Shown: positions 1 through 7,394, numbered from the stretch's first letter. The stretch: 11,412 nt of DNA from Calditrichia bacterium (GCA_037381445.1 JARRQT010000098.1:1-11412); one strand, 5' to 3'. The notes: a model not told the origin generated them from the letters alone. Program-made: numbers and translations.

Positions 1-687
1 CAGCGCCAGTTCCGCTGCCGTGACATTTTTTTCATATTGCCAGGTCCATGCGGTATGATTCTTCACATAACTGCGAACAGGGGCTCGTTTTTCCTCCGGA
101 ATTTCCAGCAGGTCCGCCAGATTTTCATGGCAGGGGCCCAGCAGCAGGGAGCCGTGCTGAAGAATAGAGCTTTCATAAATCCGCTGGGCGCTGCCGATGA
201 GTTTCTTACCTTCGACTTCTACCTCGTACCGTGCGGAGGCTGCAAAACATACTGCGGAGTTTTCTGATTTATAAAATTTTTTAAAATCCGGCTGAACCGC
301 TTGGAATTCCGCAGGTACTTTGATATCCTGCAGCGCTGCTACAAAGGGCATATGGACCATTCGGTAGAAATCCATGACATCTATGCTTAGAAAAGGGTAG
401 ATAACGCTGTAGGTCAGCTCTTCAGCGTGTAAAATGGCCCGTCCGCCTGTTGGCCTTTTCACCAGGTCTATTCCTTTTACAGAACAGAGCTTATGATTAA
501 TTTCCGCAGGATTCTGGTGAAATCCCAGTGACACGCAGTACGGCTCCCAGGTAAAGAAGCGAAGAACCGGCCGGTCCAGCAGCTTTCCCATTTGCCGGGC
601 CAGAAAATGGTCGGTTCCCATATTGAACGCGCCCGGATAAGGATGGCAGGGCCAGATATACCATTCCTTTTTGTTGAAATTATCCAC
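1..687 (-). CDS. lipM: LipM-like octanoyltransferase / lipoate-protein ligase family protein (BPL_LplA_LipB fold); 3' end runs off the window
   Basis: Not in the ORF track because there is no stop in the window. I translated it manually from GTG at 685-687; the frame is open to position 1 (229 codons): MDNFNKKEWYIWPCHPYPGAFNMGTDHFLA...LRFFTWEPYCVSLGFHQ...GIDLVKRPTGGRAILHAEELTYSV...SAVCFAASARYEVEVEGKKLIGSAQRIYESSILQHGSLLLG... The family motifs NMxxD, RPTGGRAILH, KxxGSAQ and QHGS are present. Cys147 and Lys162 have the same 15-residue spacing as C150/K165 of B. subtilis LipM. An SD-like GGGGA lies at 695-699. The family call is firm; the lipM symbol is less certain. Confidence 0.85.
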   Translation of the reverse strand, partial: MDNFNKKEWYIWPCHPYPGAFNMGTDHFLARQMGKLLDRPVLRFFTWEPYCVSLGFHQNPAEINHKLCSVKGIDLVKRPTGGRAILHAEELTYSVIYPFLSIDVMDFYRMVHMPFVAALQDIKVPAEFQAVQPDFKKFYKSENSAVCFAASARYEVEVEGKKLIGSAQRIYESSILQHGSLLLGPCHENLADLLEIPEEKRAPVRSYVKNHTAWTWQYEKNVTAAELAL

Positions 688-1456
688 GAATCAGTCCCCG
701 GTCACTCCTTTTGATGAAATCTACAATATTTTTCACTTCTGCGTAGGGATGCAGTTTCTCTTCAATGGCCCGCGAGGCCTCCTCCATGGTATAGGCGCTC
801 TGATAGATGAGTTTATAAGCCCGCTTAATTTCGAGAATAACGTCATTGCTGAAACCTTTGCGTGTTAAACCGATGTAATTGGTCCCGCCATAACGCAGCG
901 GTTCTCCCATTGCTCTGATGAACGGCGGCACGTCTTTGGTGACGCGAAGTCCGCCTCCAATGAAGGCATGCTGACCGATTTTCACAAACTGGTGGACTGC
1001 ACTCATGCCGCCAATGGTGGCGTTTGAGTCAATCTCCACATGGCCACCCATATTTACCGCATTTGCCAGGATGACATTATCACCGACGATACAGTCATGC
1101 GCCACGTGGGCATAGGTCATTATAAAACAGTTCTTTCCGATAACGGTTTTGTAATGATATGTGGTGCCGCGGTTAAGGGTAACAAATTCACGGATTGTCG
1201 TCCCGTCTCCAATTTCAAGATAAGTTTTCTCATTGGCATATTTCAAATCCTGCGGTGGATTGCCAAGAACGGCATAATGTCCGATACTGCAATTATTTCC
1301 TATGCGGGTTCCCGTATCACAAACCGTGCCGGTTCCGATTCTGGAATTGTCGCCCACTATCACATCTTCGTGAACAACCACAAAAGGTCCGATTTCCACA
1401 TTCTCACCCAGTTGGGCGCCTGGATCAACTATCGCAGAGGGATGAATTTTAACCAC
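680..1456 (-). CDS. lpxA: UDP-N-acetylglucosamine O-acyltransferase LpxA
   Basis: 258 aa with hexapeptide (left-handed beta-helix) repeats and the motifs PPQDLKY, IREFVTLNRGT, AHVAHDC (catalytic His120), VHQF and DVPPF. GTG start with GGAGGA SD at 1461-1466. Confidence 0.97.
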   Translation of the reverse strand: MVKIHPSAIVDPGAQLGENVEIGPFVVVHEDVIVGDNSRIGTGTVCDTGTRIGNNCSIGHYAVLGNPPQDLKYANEKTYLEIGDGTTIREFVTLNRGTTYHYKTVIGKNCFIMTYAHVAHDCIVGDNVILANAVNMGGHVEIDSNATIGGMSAVHQFVKIGQHAFIGGGLRVTKDVPPFIRAMGEPLRYGGTNYIGLTRKGFSNDVILEIKRAYKLIYQSAYTMEEASRAIEEKLHPYAEVKNIVDFIKRSDRGLIRG

Positions 1457-1481
1457 TTTTTCCTCCAGTCTAAAAAAAGAA

Positions 1482-2897
1482 TCAACGATTACGATCTATA
1501 ATGGCCGCCATCATTTCCGCCTCGGCCACCAGTTCACCATTCACAAAAGCCTTTCCAGCCATCTTTACGCTGGTACTGCGGCGTTTGGTGAGTTCCAGTT
1601 CAAAAATAAGCTGAGCACCCGGAAGCACAGGCTTTCTGAAACGAACATTGTCCAGACCCATGAAATAAACGAGTTTATCCGCCGGGTTTTCCTCTGCATT
1701 CAGTAGCATAATGCCGCCGGTCTGCGCCATTCCTTCAATGATCAAAACACCGGGCATTATGGGGTGACCGGGAAAATGACCCTGAAAAAACTCCTCATTT
1801 CCGGTCACGTTTTTCAGACCGACAATACGCTTGCCGGCCTCAAATTCGGTAATGCGGTCCACCAGCAAAAACGGATAGCGGTGGGGAAGGATGCGCTGGA
1901 TCGCCTCCAAATCGAATACCACACCTTTTCTGGCGACCTCCTGATATTTGCGGGCCAATTGCTGTTTTTCGTAGAGCGAACGAAGGCGTTTGGCAAATTC
2001 GATATTGCTTTTATGTCCCGGACGTCCAGCCAGGATCTGGCCCTTGATGGGGGCGCCAACCAAAAACAGATCGCCGAGCAGATCCAGAACCTTATGCCGG
2101 GCGGGTTCATTTTTGAACCGCAGCTGAACATTGTTCAGTATACCGTTTTCTCCCACAAAGACGTCGCCTTTCACATTGAGGGATTCACGGACCTTCTTTT
2201 CATTTATCTCATTTAATTCTTTGTCACAAATGACTACCGCATTATTCAGGGTGCCGCCTTTAATCAGATTCTGGTCGATCAGCATTTCCACTTCGTGCAG
2301 AAAACAAAAAGTACGGGCAGGGGCGAAATCGGTGATGAATTCTTTTTCCAGAGAGAAAAGTCCCGAGTGCTGGCTGCCCAGGGCAGGATTTTTGTAATCG
2401 ATCATCACGGTCATGCGGAAATCGTTCACCGGCAGCGCAACCAGGTCAATCCCCTTTTTCTCATCGTGAAAATAAATAGACTCTTCTACCACCAGATAGT
2501 TTTTAGGAGCTTCTTGTTCAATAATTCCCGCTTCCAGCAGCAGATTGACATACGGCATGGCACTGCCGTCGCCCACAGGCGGTTCGCCGGCACTGAGTTC
2601 TATCAGTAAATTGTCAATCTCCAGCCCTGCAACGGCGGCCAGCACATGTTCCACCGTATAAATGGTGATGCCGTCTTTGTGCAGATTGGTGCCGCGAAGG
2701 GAGTCAATCCCGTTATCCGGCGTGACATAATCCACGATGGCCGGAATTTCAATTTTTGGATCCAGATCTGTGCGCACAAAAATTACTCCATGATCTTCCG
2801 GCGCGGGGTGAAATGTGATGGTGGAAGAAGCACTGGTATGCAGACCCGCCCCCGTATATGATGAACTCCTCTGGATTGTTCGCTGTTGTTTGTCCAT
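1482..2897 (-). CDS. lpxC/fabZ: Bifunctional UDP-3-O-acyl-GlcNAc deacetylase / 3-hydroxyacyl-ACP dehydratase (LpxC-FabZ fusion)
   Basis: 471 aa. The N-terminal LpxC domain has QRTI...GLH, TVEH, ARTF, HKVLDLLGDL (Zn motif) and GH (catalytic His). The C-terminal FabZ domain has LPHRYPFLLVDRI and EFFQGHFPGHPIMPGVLIIEGMAQ. The frame is continuous across the junction. Confidence 0.97.
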   Translation of the reverse strand: MDKQQRTIQRSSSYTGAGLHTSASSTITFHPAPEDHGVIFVRTDLDPKIEIPAIVDYVTPDNGIDSLRGTNLHKDGITIYTVEHVLAAVAGLEIDNLLIELSAGEPPVGDGSAMPYVNLLLEAGIIEQEAPKNYLVVEESIYFHDEKKGIDLVALPVNDFRMTVMIDYKNPALGSQHSGLFSLEKEFITDFAPARTFCFLHEVEMLIDQNLIKGGTLNNAVVICDKELNEINEKKVRESLNVKGDVFVGENGILNNVQLRFKNEPARHKVLDLLGDLFLVGAPIKGQILAGRPGHKSNIEFAKRLRSLYEKQQLARKYQEVARKGVVFDLEAIQRILPHRYPFLLVDRITEFEAGKRIVGLKNVTGNEEFFQGHFPGHPIMPGVLIIEGMAQTGGIMLLNAEENPADKLVYFMGLDNVRFRKPVLPGAQLIFELELTKRRSTSVKMAGKAFVNGELVAEAEMMAAIIDRNR

Positions 2898-2963
2898 TAT
2901 ATTGTTTGTCCTTCTATGATTAATGCCCGCTTATACATTTCTGAAAAATTGCTCTGATAGCTT

Positions 2964-2991
2964 CAAACTTACCAATTAACAGCACTACAAA
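2964..2991 (-). promoter_or_regulatory. Candidate promoter for lpxC-fabZ/lpxA/lipM
   Basis: The minus strand reads TTTG-N16-TAAGTTTG. TAAGTTTG (2971-2964) matches the Bacteroidota-type TAnnTTTG element and also reads as an extended -10 (TG-G-TAAGTT). It sits in an AT-rich stretch 66 nt upstream of the ATG. The spacer is shorter than the canonical Bacteroidota spacing. Confidence 0.35.
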
Positions 2992-3074
2992 ATAAAAGAC
3001 CATTAATTTAATAAAATAGCAGGTAAAATGAAATCAGAGAATTGGATTTATATTTCAAGAAATGGATGATCCGT

Positions 3075-3171
3075 CAAAAGCTCAGTTGGAATCCGAATTG
3101 GGAGCACAAATATGAAAATCCTCTCTTGAGTTTCGCTGTCCCGCTACCACAAAAAGTCTCTGAGTTTTGCC
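3075..3171 (-). other. Nested inverted-repeat / structured intergenic element (copy A)
   Basis: On the minus strand the outer stem CAAAACTCAG (3169-3160) pairs with CTGAG-C-TTTTG (3085-3075). The inner stem GGGA-CA-GC (3142-3135) pairs with GC-TCCC (3105-3100) and encloses GAAA-CTC-AAGA-GAG-GAT-TTTC. Pairing was done by eye. Confidence 0.4.
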
Positions 3172-3198
3172 TTCAATCCTTAATTTCAATATTTGCTT

Positions 3199-4230
3199 TT
3201 ACTTCTTTTTCAATTCTGCTATTTGCGTTTCAAGCTGCTTTATTCTTTTTGATAATTCGGGCAGTTGGTTGATTACGGCCTCAATCCTTTTTGTGCGCAT
3301 GATTGGCCGAGCCGGATACCCGAATACAACCTCTTTTTCCGGAACACTTTTGGAGACACCGGACTGGGCCCCGATCTGCGCATAATCCCCGATTTGAATG
3401 TGTCCTACCGTTCCAACCTGCCCGCCGACCATCACATGGTGGCCGATTTTAGTGGAGCCGGAAATACCCGCCTGGGCAGCCATTACGGTGGATTCACCGA
3501 CTTCAACGTTATGGGCAATATGAACCAGGTTGTCCAGTTTGGCGCCTTTATGGATGACTGTCTCACCCATTGTGGCGCGATCAATGGTGCAATTCGCTCC
3601 GATTTCCACATCATCTTCCAGAATTACCTTTCCCACCTGGGGGATTTTGTGGTACACATTTCCGTGCGGCGCAAAACCGAATCCGTCGCTCCCGATAACC
3701 GCTCCGTTGTGAATGGTAACCCGGTTTCCGATTTCACATTCCTCGCGGATAGAAACCAGCGGATAAAGCAGGCAGTCTTCCCCGATTCTGACGTTATCCA
3801 TAATGACGCTGCCAGGCAGTATCTTGGTGCGGCTGCCAATCGTGCAATTATTGCCGATCACCACATTGGCGCCGATTGCCACAGATTCACCCATTTTTAC
3901 GCTGGACGGGATTACCGCAGAGGCATGAACGCCCGGCTCAATAATTTCCTTTTTGGGATGGAAGAGCAGGAAAATCTGCAGAAAAGCAAAATAGACGTCA
4001 TCCACCCGAATCAGCGGCAGGTCGAGATTGATCTCGGTTTTTTTATCCACGATCACCGCGCTGGCGTTTGTCCCGGAAAGAGCATCCCTGTATCTGAGAT
4101 TCGCCAAAAAGGTGATGTCTCCCGCTGAAGCTGAATCGATTTTCGCTGCCCCTTTAATGATGATCTCTCTATTTCCCTCAACCTGTCCTCCTACTTTTTC
4201 CGCCAATGCGCTTAGCGTAAATTCATGCAT
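3199..4230 (-). CDS. lpxD: UDP-3-O-(3-hydroxyacyl)glucosamine N-acyltransferase LpxD
   Basis: N-terminal uridine-binding domain (ITFLAN..Y), hexapeptide repeats, GSDGFGF, VEIGANCTIDRAT, KLDNLVHIAHNV (catalytic His) and a C-terminal coiled helix. I moved the start from the track's TTG (4236) to ATG at 4228-4230, because SD GAGGT (4237-4241) is 6 nt from the ATG but directly abuts the TTG. Confidence 0.96.
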   Translation of the reverse strand: MHEFTLSALAEKVGGQVEGNREIIIKGAAKIDSASAGDITFLANLRYRDALSGTNASAVIVDKKTEINLDLPLIRVDDVYFAFLQIFLLFHPKKEIIEPGVHASAVIPSSVKMGESVAIGANVVIGNNCTIGSRTKILPGSVIMDNVRIGEDCLLYPLVSIREECEIGNRVTIHNGAVIGSDGFGFAPHGNVYHKIPQVGKVILEDDVEIGANCTIDRATMGETVIHKGAKLDNLVHIAHNVEVGESTVMAAQAGISGSTKIGHHVMVGGQVGTVGHIQIGDYAQIGAQSGVSKSVPEKEVVFGYPARPIMRTKRIEAVINQLPELSKRIKQLETQIAELKKK

Positions 4231-4266
4231 TTCCAAACCTCATCTGTTTTTCATGATATATTCAAC

Positions 4267-4306
4267 CAAAAGGGGAGCATTCAGTTCGCTATCCCCATGT
4301 TTTGCC
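4267..4306 (-). other. Hairpin in the lpxD leader (copy B); possible weak terminator or attenuator
   Basis: The minus strand reads GGCAAAA-CAT-GGGGA-TA-GC-GAACTGAAT-GC-TCCCC-TTTTG: a GC-rich stem with a 2-nt bulge followed by TTTTGGTT, about 37 nt before the lpxD ATG. Confidence 0.45.
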
Positions 4307-4358
4307 AAAATGTGAAACCAAATCTCAAAAGCTGTGTCTGCATATTACATTCGCATAT

Positions 4359-4396
4359 AAAAAAAGCTGAAATGCATCTCGACATTTCAGCTTTTT
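4359..4396. terminator. Bidirectional intrinsic (rho-independent) terminator after skp/ompH
   Basis: Perfect inverted repeat AAAAAGCTGAAATG (4361-4374) / CATTTCAGCTTTTT (4383-4396) with an 8-nt loop. On the minus strand the stem is followed by T7, and it begins 20 nt after the ompH stop. Confidence 0.85.
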
Positions 4397-4416
4397 GTTT
4401 TTGCCAAACCAAACAT

Positions 4417-4950
4417 TTATTTGGATTTATTGAGTTCTTCCAAAACCTGATCGGTGATGTCATATTCAGGCTTGGCGAAAAGAACCACACCCTGGACGAC
4501 ATCCAGAATATAATCGTAGCCTTCCTGTCCGCCGATTTTTTGAATGATCTGATCAATCTTGTCATATAAAGGCTGGGTCAACTCCATGTTCTTTTTATAG
4601 AATTCACCCTGTGGCCCCAGTTTGTCGTAACGGTATTTTTCAATCTGCATGCTCAGTTCCTGAGCTTGTTTTTCCTTTTCGGCTTTTTTCTCGGGGCTCA
4701 GGAGCAAACTCTGGTTCTCAATTTCCTTGAGGAGATTGTCGTAATCCTGAAGCATTTTATTATATTCGCTTTCATAGCCTGAGCGAATCTCGTCCAGTTT
4801 TTTCTGAATTTCCTGCGCCGCAGGATATTCCGCAAGGATTCTCTGGGAATTAATGTAACGAATTTTTTCCTGTGCATAACTGTTGCTAAATCCGGCAAAA
4901 ATGAAAACGGAGAAAACGGCAGTCAACAACAACAAATTTTTAATTTTCAC
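4417..4950 (-). CDS. skp: Periplasmic outer-membrane-protein chaperone Skp/OmpH
   Basis: 177 aa with a Sec signal peptide ending ...SYA-Q, then KIRYINSQRIL, a long coiled-coil, GYDYILD and VLFAKPEYDITDQVLEELN. GTG start with AGGAGGT SD at 4955-4961. It sits in the canonical position after bamA. Confidence 0.93.
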   Translation of the reverse strand: MKIKNLLLLTAVFSVFIFAGFSNSYAQEKIRYINSQRILAEYPAAQEIQKKLDEIRSGYESEYNKMLQDYDNLLKEIENQSLLLSPEKKAEKEKQAQELSMQIEKYRYDKLGPQGEFYKKNMELTQPLYDKIDQIIQKIGGQEGYDYILDVVQGVVLFAKPEYDITDQVLEELNKSK

Positions 4951-5009
4951 TATAACCTCCTGAGCTTTAGTTACTTATTTCATATTTCTTAAATTTAACA
5001 TTTTCAGTA

Positions 5010-5054
5010 CTGAATCGAAACAAATCTCTGAATCAGGGGGATTGTTTCGTTCAG
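5010..5054. other. Long imperfect hairpin between bamA and skp
   Basis: CTGAA-T-CGAAACAA-ATCTCTG-AAT-CAGGGGGA-TTGTTTCG-TTCAG gives roughly 18-20 paired bases. No U-tract follows on the minus (coding) strand. Confidence 0.6.
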
Positions 5055-5066
5055 GATATAATGACT

Positions 5067-7394
5067 TTAGAATCTTCCGAACTGGAAGTGTGTTTTCCAT
5101 TGCCCTTTGCGCAGGCCGTTTGCATCGAAGTGATCGAAGCCATAGCCGAAGTCGACACCGATGATACCGATCATAGGCATAAACAGCCGCACGCCGAATC
5201 CAACCCCGCGGCGCAGGTCCTGGATATTGGTCTGAGCGAATGATTCCCATACATTTCCGCTATCCATGAAAAAGAGTCCGTAAATCGTTGGATTTGGTGC
5301 AATGGGGAAGCGCAGTTCTGCAGTGAACTTGGCCATTGATTTTCCGCCCAGAGGCTGACCGTTGCTGCTCTGTGGTCCAACAGTACCGTCGTCATAACCG
5401 CGCAATGCTTCGGAGAAGCTCAGGCCGGAGCCGCCCATATAAAAGACATCACCCGGATTTATATAGTAGTTCTTATAAAGTCCCTGAATCAATCCTAGCT
5501 TTGTCTGGGTGTAGAGTACAAAGCCATAAGGTGCGGGAATATACCATTCAACGGTCAGCACATTTTTAATATAATCTTCCTGTCCCTGAAGGGGTCCCCC
5601 GGAAAGTTGAGTCAGCAGGGAGTAGGTAGATCCCTGTGTCGGGAATTCAGGCCGGTTGCGGCTGTCCCGCTGAAGGATCTGGGTCAAGCTTACCTGGGTG
5701 GTGGGCTTGTCATAGAACACATAGTTTGCCAGCAACTCGGGATTGCGGACATTGAAAATTTTGGTTTGTGCTACCCGGAAGATCCAATCGCCCCGGAAAT
5801 AGTTATCCGGCCATCTGAACCGTCGGCCAGCCTGCAGCGATCCGCCTGTTACGGTTCGGTCCCAGGGATAGAATCCGCCGCCGCTCCGGGTATTAAACAG
5901 AGAGAAACCGCCCAGGGTAGGCGTGTTGAATATCCAGGGTTCCGTGAAGCTCAGCGACAGAGAGCGGTAGAATTTTCCGAAGTACCAGTCGAAAGCCAGA
6001 CGCTGCCCGTCACCGCCGGAAAAAGGATGAGCCAGCGAGAAATTGTTGAGTGCGAGGCCCACGCTGCCGATCATGCCATCCCGCTGACTGTATCCGGCAG
6101 ACATATTGGCTGTATCCGTGGATTTTTCCTCAACCTTCACTTCCAGGTTCACATGTTTATCATCACCTTCAATGAGTTTGACATCCGGGACAACATTGGC
6201 AAAGTAGTTCAGAATCCAGACATCGCGGACACTTCTCTCCAACTTGGCACGGTTGAAGGTATCGCCCGGGTAAATTTTGAGCTCGCGCCGGACCACCTTT
6301 TCATTCGTCTTGGTGTTACCGGTAATTTTAATTTCCTTGATTCGGACAACATGTCCTTCGTTTATGCGGATGTTGATGTCCACGGTGTCCTTGCCTGTCG
6401 GGGTTTCCCGGGGCTGGATATTCGCAAAAAGGTACCCTTGGTTGTAGTAAAGGTTCTGGATGTTTTCGCGAATACTTTTATCATAATCTTCCTGATTATA
6501 CACATCCCCCTTCTGGAACAGCAGCTGCGAACGCAGTTCAGAATTTGAAAAAACCGTATTACCTTCAAAAGTCACATTGCCAAAATAATAGCGCTGGCCT
6601 TCATTAATATATACATCTACGTACATGTCCCGTTTGTCGGGGCTGTAGTAAAGCGAATCCCGTTCGATTTCCGCATCCCGGAATCCTTTTTTTCGGGCAT
6701 ATGCCAGGACTTTTTCCAGGTCATCCTGATACTTTTTAGAATTGAAATCCGCGCTCCGCCACCAGCGGTCTTCTTTTATTCCCTTAAATTGTTTCTTGAG
6801 GTCTTTTTCTGATAAGTATTTCGCGCCCAGTACGCGAATTCTTTTAACCTGCACCTTTTTGCCTTCGTTTATTTTAACTTCGGCAAGCACATTATTTTCT
6901 TTGTTATGAACAGTGTCGATTTTTGCGTCTGCCAGCAGGTATCCTTCGTCCTGATATTTTTTCAACAGGTTTTTCCTGGCTTTATAGATGCGGAAGGGCG
7001 TCAGTACCATGCCCCTGTAAAACTGCAGCTCTTTGTCCACTTCGGACTTTTTGAGCTTATTGTTTCCGCTGACTACCCAGCCTTCAAGTCTGGGGAATTC
7101 CTTGAGTTTTATGACCAGGTCCAGCCCCTGGAAGGTCTGTTTTTCGACCAGGATCTGGATGTTCGAGAACAACTTGAGCGCCCAGAGATTTTTCACCGTT
7201 TTTTGAATATCATCGCTGGTCACCTCTTCTCCCACCTTCAGGCCGGAATTTAACTGGATGATCGATGAATCGGCTTTCACATTCCCTTCAATGCGGATAC
7301 TGTGAATCTTAAATTTGGGTGTTTGAGCAAAGCCAAGTGATAAAAACATCATGATAAAAATGATGGGAACCAGGAATCGATTGAATATACGCAT
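5067..7394 (-). CDS. bamA: Outer membrane protein assembly factor BamA (Omp85)
   Basis: 775 aa with a signal peptide and five POTRA domains (starting near IRIEGN, VVSGN, IRVLGA, VTFEGN and IKITGNTKT). The barrel has the LRGY loop-6 motif, AELRFPI and GFGVRLFMPMIGIIGVDFGYG, and ends in FQFGRF. Confidence 0.96.
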   Translation of the reverse strand: MRIFNRFLVPIIFIMMFLSLGFAQTPKFKIHSIRIEGNVKADSSIIQLNSGLKVGEEVTSDDIQKTVKNLWALKLFSNIQILVEKQTFQGLDLVIKLKEFPRLEGWVVSGNNKLKKSEVDKELQFYRGMVLTPFRIYKARKNLLKKYQDEGYLLADAKIDTVHNKENNVLAEVKINEGKKVQVKRIRVLGAKYLSEKDLKKQFKGIKEDRWWRSADFNSKKYQDDLEKVLAYARKKGFRDAEIERDSLYYSPDKRDMYVDVYINEGQRYYFGNVTFEGNTVFSNSELRSQLLFQKGDVYNQEDYDKSIRENIQNLYYNQGYLFANIQPRETPTGKDTVDINIRINEGHVVRIKEIKITGNTKTNEKVVRRELKIYPGDTFNRAKLERSVRDVWILNYFANVVPDVKLIEGDDKHVNLEVKVEEKSTDTANMSAGYSQRDGMIGSVGLALNNFSLAHPFSGGDGQRLAFDWYFGKFYRSLSLSFTEPWIFNTPTLGGFSLFNTRSGGGFYPWDRTVTGGSLQAGRRFRWPDNYFRGDWIFRVAQTKIFNVRNPELLANYVFYDKPTTQVSLTQILQRDSRNRPEFPTQGSTYSLLTQLSGGPLQGQEDYIKNVLTVEWYIPAPYGFVLYTQTKLGLIQGLYKNYYINPGDVFYMGGSGLSFSEALRGYDDGTVGPQSSNGQPLGGKSMAKFTAELRFPIAPNPTIYGLFFMDSGNVWESFAQTNIQDLRRGVGFGVRLFMPMIGIIGVDFGYGFDHFDANGLRKGQWKTHFQFGRF

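Noticed and set aside
37..267. 76-aa plus-strand ORF
   Set aside because: It is antisense to the LipM-like gene, which explains this region.
3135..3197. Resemblance to a c-di-GMP-I riboswitch (minus strand AGCAAA...GAAA...GCAAAAC...GGTAGCGGG)
   Set aside because: The sequences flanking GAAA (TATT / TTAA) do not pair, the GAC before GCAAA and the tetraloop receptor are missing, and the second stem is poor. An Rfam cmscan would settle it.
3042..3272. 76-aa plus-strand ORF with a hydrophobic C-terminus in the lpxD-lpxC gap
   Set aside because: TTG start with weak SD support. The hydrophobic tail comes from the antisense of the Lys/Glu-rich lpxD end.
3265..4128. 287-aa plus-strand ORF
   Set aside because: Antisense shadow of lpxD with no recognisable motifs.
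4975..5250. 91-aa minus-strand ORF overlapping the bamA end
   Set aside because: Alternate-frame overlap with no SD or motif; it runs through the intergenic hairpin.
5607..6548. 313-aa plus-strand ORF
   Set aside because: Antisense shadow of bamA, with a TTG start and no family signal.
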